From positions 1-7,769 of the forward strand of contig NW_021828821.1 in the NCBI RefSeq assembly GCF_006345805.1: a stretch of DNA of 7,769 nt, in the 5' to 3' direction. Positions 1 through 7,513 of this stretch are shown here, piece after piece. The position numbers were made by a program, and so were the translations under genes. This stretch comes from Octopus sinensis. Taxonomy: Eukaryota. The first letter of the stretch is position 1. Every line of letters starts with the position of its first letter. The notes beneath the pieces are model-generated. The model saw only the letters and a program-made list of their open reading frames with translations. It made no database searches and was not told where the DNA came from.

Positions 1-4
1 ATAT

Positions 5-8
5 ATAG

Positions 9-84
<76 letters not shown>

Positions 85-110
85 AATATAGATTGATTGA
101 TTGATAGATA
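5..110. repeat. (GATA)n microsatellite with short (GATT)n extension
   Basis: Pure GATA run at ~11-83, then gattgattgattgatagata. Confidence 0.95.
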
Positions 111-137
111 ATAGTAGGTGTGATTGATATCCTTAGA

Positions 138-430
138 CATACACACACATGCACGGATATCTATATATTCATATACACTCTTGTATAATATACATACATC
201 ATACATACTTTTACATGTGTTTATGAGAATATATGTGTGTGTAAACATATCTATATATATATATATATAAATCAACCTATGTGTGTGTGTACGTGCGTAC
301 ACATACTTATACACACTCACTCACACACGAAAATACATTATACAATGTACGTTTCACTGCCAGGTAATTCATCCATGTATATATATGTATATCTGAAATT
401 ATCTCTTCATTAATGTATGTATAACGAAAG
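138..430. repeat. Degenerate (CA)/(TA)/(TG) low-complexity tract
   Basis: Interspersed acacac, tatata, gtgtgt and atac runs. Confidence 0.75.
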
Positions 431-764
431 TTTTAAAATCCCTGAAAGTTTTGTGACATTTATATAATTACGGCTTCCCAGGAAAATTGTGCAACTAAAT
501 GATATTCTAGTAGCAGAGGATGTCCGATTAGGCAGGTATCACTTATTGAATATTTATCCTAATTGCCGTTCTGATTAAAAATATAATCATTTCGCAGGCA
601 CCTTGTGTTATTGGTTTCCGCTCTTTATGTTGTGCGTTCGAATACTGTCGACATTAGCTTCTCTCTTTATCCTTCCAGCATCATTAATATGAAGCACCAG
701 TCTGGTTCTCGGATTGATATGAGTGACAAGATCCATCCCATAACTTAATTAGATGTTATTTAGT

Positions 765-868
765 GCATTGTATTAGCGGAGTCGTTAATGTCTCGGCCAC
801 AACGGTTTACGCAGTCTGTTCCAGTTCATGAGGTCCTATGTTCAAATCTTGTGAAGGGCACTTTTTTT
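765..868 (+). other. Possible decayed tRNA-like / Pol III unit (SINE head or tRNA relic)
   Basis: A-box-like TAGCGGAGTCG (774-784), B-box-like GTTCAAATC (840-848), T7 run (862-868). No convincing cloverleaf. Confidence 0.3.
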
Positions 869-983
869 CTTTTATTACTTGCTTTCTTTTTTGCTTTCCT
901 TTTAGGCTGGATAAGATAAAATACCAGCGAATAATAGAGACTAATCGACTATTCATTTATAAATTTGATCCATTTATTAGAAA

Positions 984-1379
984 CTACCAGTATCGCCCGG
1001 CGTTGCTCGGGTTTGTAAGGGAAATAACTATATAAGCATTTTTAGAGATGTAAAGTATAATAGCCATCTCAATATGGCTAACCTCAAAGGAGGGGTGTTA
1101 CTGTAGCTTTTTACTTTCTGAGATTTAATAATACATTTTTAGAGAGTTACTTCCCTTATATAATAGCAAAAAAATGCATTAAAATGGGGAAAAAATGATG
1201 GAAAATTCTTTTTTAAATCGTAGACTCATCGTAGACGCACGCTAATACCCAGAAGGGCTCGATATGAATCACGACTATAAGATACCCGCTTTTGGTTACA
1301 CTGCACCGAAAAATGTGGGAGTAGTTAGGAATCTAAATCGTAGGAGACAGACACACCACTTCACTTTTATATATAAAGA
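984..1379 (-). mobile_element. Non-autonomous Helitron (~396 bp)
   Basis: Minus strand starts A|TCTTTATATATAAAAG (5'-TC). It ends with a GC-rich hairpin (plus strand cccggcgttgctcggg, 996-1011) 8 nt before GTAG|T, a variant of the CTAG 3' end. It sits between A and T with no target-site duplication. All are canonical Helitron terminal features. Confidence 0.8.
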
Positions 1380-1386
1380 TTATTAT

Positions 1387-1744
1387 CGGCGAGCTGGCAA
1401 AATCGTTAGCACGCCGGACGAAATGCTAAGCGGTATTTCGTCTGCCGTTACGTTCTGAGTTTCATCCTTTCGGGGTCGATTAAATAAGTACCAGTTACGC
1501 ACTGGAGTCGATATAATCGACTTAATCCGTTTGCCTGTCCCTGTTTGTCCTCTCTGTGTTTAGCCCCTTGTGGATAGTAAAGAAATAGGTATTTCGTCCG
1601 TCTTTACGTTCAAATTTCGCTGAGGGCGACTTTGCCCTTCATCCTTTCAGAGTCGATAAATTAAGTACCAGTTGAGCGCTGGGGTTGATGTGATCGACTG
1701 TACCCCTCCCACAAAATCCAGGCTTTGTGCCTATAGTAGAAAGG
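1387..1744 (+). mobile_element. tRNA-headed SINE, copy 1, composite: head+core+tail A (1387-1587) fused to a 5'-truncated second unit (1588-1744)
   Basis: Head ggcgagctggcaaaatcgttagc with A box, core tcatcctttcggggtcgat..aagtaccagt present twice, 3' end gtgcctatagtagaaagg followed by (ATT)n. Homologous to the copies at 1936 and 6231. Confidence 0.9.
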
Positions 1745-1932
<188 letters not shown>

Positions 1933-1935
1933 AGA

Positions 1936-2147
1936 GGCGGTGAGGTGGCAGAATCATTAGCTTGCCGAGCGAAATGCTTAGCGGCATTTCGTTCGTCTTC
2001 ATGTTCTGAGTTCAACTTCTGCCGAATTCGACTTAGCCTTTCACTCTTTTAGGGTCGATAAAACAAGTACCAGTTGTGTACTGGGATCGATGTAATCGAC
2101 TTCCCCTTCGCTCGAAATTGCTAGCCTTGTGCCAAAATTAGAAATCC
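1936..2147 (+). mobile_element. tRNA-headed SINE, copy 2, full length
   Basis: ggcggtgaggtggcagaatcattagc (A box), gagttcaacttc (B box), core, 3' end ccttgtgccaaaattagaaatcc, short ttattatcat tail. Confidence 0.9.
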
Positions 2148-2166
2148 TTATTATCATAATTATCAT

Positions 2167-2252
2167 AAGTATGAGTTGAGCACTGGAATCAATGCAATTG
2201 ACTACTTACTCCTTCCCCAAAATTTCAGGCTTTATGTCAATAGTAGAAAATG
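2167..2252 (+). mobile_element. SINE copy 3, 5'-truncated and CpG-decayed
   Basis: aagtatgagttgagcactggaatcaatgcaattgac...aaatttcaggctttatgtcaatagtagaaaatg aligns with the 3' half of copies 1 and 2. Confidence 0.8.
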
Positions 2253-2336
2253 TTATTGTTATTGCTGTTCTTTTTTCTCTTCTTCTTCTTATCATCGTTA
2301 TCATCATCATCGTAGTCGTCGTCGTCGTCGTCATCA
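2253..2336 (+). repeat. Compound trinucleotide tail (ATT/GTT/CTT/ATC/GTC)
   Basis: Read directly: ttattgttattgctgttc..ttcttcttcttatcatcgttatcatcatcatcgtagtcgtcgtcgtcgtcgtcatc. Confidence 0.85.
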
Positions 2337-2337
2337 A

Positions 2338-2413
2338 ACCAACAAGCTGGCAGATTCGTTAGAGTGTCGAAAAATGCTTTGTGGAATTTCTTTCTGGTTT
2401 TTACACTTGAGTT
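2338..2413 (+). mobile_element. SINE copy 4, head-only fragment
   Basis: aagctggcagattcgttagagtgtcgaaaaatgctttgtggaatttc...ttacacttgagtt parallels the head of the other copies. Similarity stops at the B box. Confidence 0.65.
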
Positions 2414-2435
2414 TTTACAGCTCACTACATTAATA

Positions 2436-2442
2436 TATAATA

Positions 2443-2496
<54 letters not shown>

Positions 2497-2686
2497 CCAA
2501 CAACAACAGCATGAAGAAGAAGAAGAAGAAGAAGAGAGAGGAGAAGAAGAGAAGAAGAAGAGAGAAGAAGAAGAAGAAGGAGAGAAGAAGAAACAGAAGT
2601 AAGAAGAGAAGAAGAAGAAGAAGAAGAAGAAGAAGAAGAAAGAAGAAGAAGAAAAGAAGAAGAAGAAGAAGAAGAAGAAGAAGAAT
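2436..2686. repeat. (AAT)n-(AAC)n-(AAG)n compound array, the tail of minus-strand SINE copy 5
   Basis: AAT to ~2492, AAC at ~2497-2508, GAA-rich purine tract at 2513-2685 abutting the SINE 3' end. Confidence 0.95.
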
Positions 2687-2809
2687 CCTTTCTACTAAAG
2701 GCACCAGAGCCTGAAATTTTGGTGGGGGAAGGAACAAGTTTGATTACATCGACCCCTGTGCGTACCAGTACTTATTTCATCGACCCCCGGAAAAGCAAAT
2801 TTGACCTCG
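2687..2809 (-). mobile_element. SINE copy 5, 5'-truncated (core + 3' end)
   Basis: Plus strand cctttctactaaaggcacc..gcctgaaatttt..gattacatcgacccc..gtacttatttcatcgacccc..tttgacctcg is the reverse complement of the SINE 3' half. Confidence 0.88.
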
Positions 2810-2838
2810 TAGTAATAAAAATAATAAGATACTAATAA

Positions 2839-2880
<42 letters not shown>
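2810..2880. repeat. (AAT)n microsatellite
   Basis: Direct reading; degenerate on the left side. Confidence 0.9.
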
Positions 2881-3467
2881 GCCCTGATGCATACCAGGCA
2901 GTGTCTCTCATGGCTCCTTATCTTCATTATTGGCAAGTGTTATCAATCAAGTGCAAGGATTACACATCGTTTTTCTCTGTATAAAAGATGGGCTACAAAG
3001 CGAAATATTCTGCTCTTACCACAGATTTACTTATCAGTTGTTGACCTAACCACTGAGCATGTCCCTTGGTGGCTGACGATATGTGCATCTCTGATCACAA
3101 GCAGAATTAGTGGGGAAGCATCATAAGCCATGTGTTGAGAAGAATTTCTTTGGGGGTTTGGATAATTCTACTTTTGGAACTGGTTGTTTTATTTATTCAA
3201 CAATCCTTAAACAACACTTATTCACGGACCTTTTGAGCGGGATTGGCTACTCGACCCGAAGAACATTCTAACTGGGTTCCACCTGCAAAGTCATGCACTG
3301 ATTATCTTGATATGAGATCACTATGTTGCGCACATATGGCTGTGATATATGTGCCTGGTGTACCCTTATCAAACGGGTAGTCATGATGGGTATGCTGGGT
3401 TTCGTATATCTTATCCCTGTGTCGCTTTGATGGCATGCACTGTTCTCTCTCTCTCTCTCTCTCTCGC

Positions 3468-3468
<1 letters not shown>
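2881..3468. mobile_element. Unclassified ~590-bp interspersed element flanked on both sides by (AAT)n
   Basis: Complex-sequence block with sharp boundaries in AAT arrays (aataaat|gccctgatgc ... ctctcgcc|aataat). No TIRs, tRNA head or credible ORF. I recall similar sequence as a multicopy octopus repeat but have not verified this. Confidence 0.6.

Positions 3469-3509
<41 letters not shown>
3444..3509. repeat. (TC)n followed by (AAT)n
   Basis: (TC) run at 3444-3465, AAT at 3469-3509. Confidence 0.9.
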
Positions 3510-3738
3510 GAAAAACTGTCGAAATATAAGGACATTGAGATTGAGATATCTAGAGCGTGGTAATTAAAAACCAATACCATTCCTGTTGTTGTAGGTACTC
3601 TGGGAATGATCACGAAAAGTAGTGACAAATTTTTTGACCAGCAATCTATGAGACACAAAATATAGAGCTGACATTCTCAGGAAGTTTCTCTCCATCGGAA
3701 ATATACGCGCCTTATGTCTCTGGTTGCAAATCAATCGG
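3510..3738 (+). mobile_element. R4/Dong-type non-LTR retrotransposon 3' fragment, subfamily A (end of restriction-like endonuclease + 3' UTR)
   Basis: From 3510: EKLSKYKDIEIEISRAW*LKTNTIPVVVGTLGMITK. After a deletion/frameshift, from 3667: ADILRKFLSI. Matches the KxxKYxDL..I..MW......P+V+GALG...TAHILR C-terminal pattern of R4/Dong ORFs. (AAT)n tail follows. Confidence 0.82.
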
Positions 3739-3739
3739 A

Positions 3740-3798
3740 AAATAATAATAAAAAATAATAATAATAATAATAATATATAATAATAATAATAATAATAA

Positions 3799-3829
<31 letters not shown>

Positions 3830-3870
3830 TAATAATATGATAATAATAAAAATAATAATAATAATAATGA

Positions 3871-3915
<45 letters not shown>

Positions 3916-3949
3916 TAATAATAGTAAAAATAATAATAATAATAATGAC

Positions 3950-4039
<90 letters not shown>

Positions 4040-4066
4040 CATTATTATTATTATTATTATTATTAT
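3740..4066. repeat. (AAT)n (3740-3993) switching to (ATT)n (3994-4066)
   Basis: Direct reading. Includes an exact 30-bp tandem duplication at 3838-3897. Confidence 0.95.
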
Positions 4067-4386
4067 GTGAAAGAAGAAGAAAAACAAACAGCCATGACGA
4101 TTTGAAGTGAGAAATACGAAGGTTATGGTCAATGAAGAAAATAGACCTGATACCAATAGTAATTGATGCACTTGGAAGTATCAGCGCTTAACTACCAACA
4201 TGGCTGAGAAAGATTGGTGCAAGTTTGAAGGTAAAACAACTACAAAAATTAGTATTGGTTAGAACTGCAAGAATTCTTCGCAGGGTTCTTGCAGCCTGAC
4301 CAGTAAACAAGTGTCACCTTAGTCTGCTGGCTGTGAACAGCTGACATTTTCCATGATACCCACCAAAATAAGCTATGAGTTTTCAT
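4067..4386 (+). mobile_element. R4/Dong-type 3' fragment, subfamily B, copy 1
   Basis: VKEEEK, then a frameshift, then 4087-4299 NSHDDLK*EIRRLWSMKKIDLIPIVIDALGSISA*LPTWLRKIGASLKVKQLQKLVLVRTARILRRVLAA*. An 87-nt 3' UTR and an (AAT)n tail follow. Confidence 0.85.
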
Positions 4387-4474
4387 ATAATAATGATAAT
4401 AATAAAAATAATAATAATAATAACAATAATAATAATAATAATAACAATAACAACAACAATTTATTATTATTATT

Positions 4475-4505
<31 letters not shown>

Positions 4506-4529
4506 TATTATTATTATTATTTTTATTAA

Positions 4530-4599
<70 letters not shown>

Positions 4600-4600
4600 T
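4387..4600. repeat. (AAT/AAC)n (4387-4460) facing (ATT)n (4461-4600)
   Basis: Direct reading; polarity switch at caacaacaat|ttattatt. Confidence 0.95.
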
Positions 4601-4788
4601 GATGAAATCTCTCAGCTTATTTTGTTGGGTAAAATGGCAAGTGTCAGCTGTCCACAGCCAGGAGACTAAGGTGACACTTGTTTACTGATCATGCTTCAAG
4701 AATCCTGCAGTGAACTCTTGCAGTTCCAAGCAATGAGGATATTTGTAGGAGTTCTGTCTTTACATTTGTTTTAGTCTATTTTGAGCCA
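4601..4788 (-). mobile_element. R4/Dong-type 3' fragment, subfamily B, copy 2 (inverted)
   Basis: Minus strand WLKID, frameshift, TNVKTELLQISSLLGTARVHCRILEA* (stop 4691-4689). Stop+UTR 4691-4602 aligns ungapped with 4297-4386 at 79/90 identities by hand count. Confidence 0.88.
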
Positions 4789-4804
4789 ATAATAATAATA
4801 ATAA

Positions 4805-4843
<39 letters not shown>

Positions 4844-4886
4844 TAATAATAATAATAATAATCACCACCCCATCATCATCATCATC
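4788..4886. repeat. (AAT)n followed by (CAC)/(CAT)n
   Basis: Direct reading. Confidence 0.9.
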
Positions 4887-5404
4887 TACTTACTTTACTT
4901 GCCCCCAGAATTCGTCGTGTGGGTATCTACACACGATTATTATACAATATATTATTAATACGATGTATTTACCTAGTAGATAAAATGCACACAAATTATA
5001 TATCTATTTATAAATACGAATATAAATATAAATAAAACAGCTGAGAAGCCGCCACCTAAGTTGGTTATCTCCGGGCGGTTGGCAAAAGAACCACATTGCT
5101 TGCTCCTTGGGCATACTAGTTTCAAGTTACGATGGATCCTCAGGGTCATATTCAACCAGTAATTTATCATGTGTGTGGCATTTGAATCTGTGTTTATTTC
5201 CTTCGCCTCAATCAGCACGTTGTTCTATGTTTTGTTTTGCTTTTCTTTCAAGTTATTCATTAGATCTATCAGCATCACGTTACTGCAGCAAACAACCGAG
5301 ACTCATTTGAATGGAGGTGGGGAGAGCTCATCGTGCCTTTTGCACACCATCAGTTTCAGCTCGTTTCTCTTTGCCGTTTTCCTCAGTGTCTACGTGCGTA
5401 CATA

Positions 5405-5531
5405 AGTATGTGCATGTTTGCGCATGTGTGTGTGTTTGTGTGTTTGTGTGTGTGTGTGTGCATGCGTGCATGTGTGCGCGTGTATGTGCATGAGTGCATG
5501 TGTGAACACGTGTGTGCGTGCGTGTGTGTGT
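5405..5531. repeat. Degenerate (GT)n/(GTGC) tract
   Basis: Alternating purine-pyrimidine gtgtgt/gcatgcgtgc run. Source of the CV- and HT-rich ORFs. Confidence 0.9.
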
Positions 5532-6230
5532 ATCTTTTCCTATTCCTTCCGCGAAAACTTGCCGTTCTTCTCCAGTCCCCATCTGCCCTCCATCGTCTTT
5601 CGATGATATGGATGTACGACTGAGATAGAATACCTCGTTCTCCTGGTCGTCAGCTTCTGCACTGAGGTCAAGGCGACTTTTCTGGATCCTCGAAGCTCTG
5701 GCCGGTGATACTATAAAAATATAGTTTCTTCAGCTTGCTGCTGTGGTTACTGATGTTGATGATGTCTTCCTCTTTGATTTTGCTTTGTTTTAACAGTTCT
5801 TATGATTACAGAGCCCTCAACTGACCTTGACTGTCACACATGGAATCACTGAGATTTCTACTATGATCTTTTTTCTGTTTCGCTTTTTGCTTCTTCTTTT
5901 TGTTTCTTTAGGGGATTTTGTTTTGCTTTTATGCTACCACAAGACCACATGTTTCCAGACTAGGTTTGTGATCTTCAGAAATCATCGAGACTTTATTTCA
6001 TGTTAACTCTATGCCAACCAGTTGCTAATAATGTCCCGTTAAGATGATGGCGGGTGAACATACAAAAGTTCCTTCTTGATAAACAAAACTTGTTCATTAA
6101 GTGCAACCTGAAAAATTCAGTTTTCTCATGGATTCATGAGAACACACACATTGTTGTACGTGTTTCATCTATCCAGGCTGTATATGAAACACTGAACAAA
6201 AACAACATCAACAACATTAATAATAATAAT

Positions 6231-6441
6231 GGTTTCAAATTTTGGCACAAGGCCAACATTTTCAGGTAAGGGGTAAGTCGATTACATCGACAGCAGTGCT
6301 CGACTGATACTTACTTTATCGACACCGAAAGGATGATAAGTAAAGTCGACCTCGGCGGAATTTGAACTCAGAACGTAAAGACGGACAAAATGCTGCGAAG
6401 CATTTTGCCCGGCGTGCTAACGACTCAGCCACCTCACCGCC
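6231..6441 (-). mobile_element. tRNA-headed SINE, copy 6, full length and best preserved
   Basis: Minus strand ggcggtgaggtggctgagtcgttagc (A box) ... gagttcaaattcc (B box) ... gaggtcgactttacttatcatcctttcggtgtcgataaagtaagt ... ggccttgtgccaaaatttgaaacc, then (ATT)4. Confidence 0.92.
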
Positions 6442-6443
<2 letters not shown>

Positions 6444-6517
<74 letters not shown>

Positions 6518-6534
6518 TAATAATAATAATAATC
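6444..6534. repeat. (AAT)n microsatellite
   Basis: About 30 units with one GAT interruption. Confidence 0.95.
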
Positions 6535-6537
6535 ATC

Positions 6538-6870
6538 TCGGGAACAGTATTAATAGTCAATTTTGCATTAGCTACATGGTCTCGAGGAGTTACAGAAAAA
6601 TACAAGGAAACTTTGAAAACGGCAGAACTTAGAATGATGACAGCTATATTAATGAAGCTGAAGACAATTATATCAAAAATGATATTAGGCGATTAGAAAC
6701 ATGGAGAGAAAAAAAAATAAGAATGCATGTTGAGGATTAAAAAGTGGTCACCATTTAGGGGCAGGGTGCATACTGGCTCAGTTGTAAAGAAGACCGCTAT
6801 TGCTCAGTTCATTCATGACACTGAAATTTTACGGTCACGACGGGTCGAGCCTCCAGGAAGGAAGCGCGTA
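6538..6870 (+). mobile_element. Possible highly decayed RTE-like LINE reverse transcriptase C-terminal region
   Basis: One frame with two stops reads LATWS..KETLKTAELRMMTAILMKLKTIISKMILGD*..ECMLRIKKWSPFRGRV..RSRRVEPPGRKR. This loosely follows the RTE pattern ETW..L...E.RM.R...D.I.N..RW.GHV..GRP.KRW. Motifs are poorly conserved. Confidence 0.35.
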
Positions 6871-6884
6871 GGTCTATGCGTGAG

Positions 6885-6970
6885 TATGTCTGTATATATA
6901 ATATATATATACTTATATATAACCACATATGTGTGTGCGTGTGTGTCTGTATATGTATAGATCAAGCTAT

Positions 6971-7022
<52 letters not shown>

Positions 7023-7215
7023 TAGATAGATAGATAGAAGATAGATAGATAGATAGATAGATGATGATAGTAGATAGATAGATAGATAGATAGATAGATA
7101 TACACCACTATCTTTTATTAAAATATATATTGATACACACACACACACACGTATATACGTACACGCATATACACGTATACAACTACATACACTCACACAC
7201 ACATGCACGCACGTT
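6885..7215. repeat. Compound (TA)n-(GATA)n-(CA)n microsatellite tract
   Basis: (TA)n ~6967-7020, (GATA)n ~7019-7100, (CA)n ~7134-7150 and further degenerate runs. Confidence 0.92.
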
Positions 7216-7354
7216 TTTACATACAAATCCAATTACTTAAGGGTAATCGAGAAGTCCTTTATTTAAATGATAAATACAATTAAACTGCTAAATAACTACA
7301 TACATACATGTGTGTGGTGGGGTGCATGCCCAAGGATTTTGAATTTAGGTATAT

Positions 7355-7513
7355 TTATGTATGTACATATGTATGTATATATGTATGTATGTACGTGTGT
7401 ATGTCTGCATGTATGTCTTCATGTTGTATGTATATATGTATGTATGTCTTCATGTATGTCTTCATGTATATATGTATGTATGGATGTATGTATGTATGGA
7501 TGTATGTATGTAT
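7355..7513. repeat. (ATGT)n array with 12-bp higher-order units
   Basis: GTATGTCTTCAT at 7411, 7442 and 7454, variant at 7399; GTATGGAT variants downstream. Confidence 0.9.

Noticed and set aside
838-1458. ORFs 838-1035 and 1264-1458
   Set aside because: They span non-coding Helitron and SINE sequence and T-rich tracts; no recognisable domain.
1936-2025. SINE heads as genuine tRNA genes
   Set aside because: A and B boxes are present but there is no cloverleaf or anticodon arm, and the sequence continues into the SINE core.
2881-3130. Hammerhead-like ctgatg (2884) and ctgacga (3073) motifs
   Set aside because: Could not find a matching GAAA core and helices in the right arrangement by eye.
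5311-5623. CV-rich and HT-rich ORFs; likewise the MYVC-type ORFs at 6813-7702
   Set aside because: Products of (GT)n and (ATGT)n repeats, not metallothionein-like or other real proteins.
5775-5850. Strong plus-strand splice acceptor ttttgctttgttttaacag (ends 5796)
   Set aside because: All three downstream frames stop within about 55 nt and no good donor follows; cannot be supported without RNA data.
6123-6191. Two adjacent 8-bp-stem hairpins (ttctcatg/catgagaa and tgtttcat/atgaaaca)
   Set aside because: AT-rich short stems plausibly arise by chance; no supporting context.
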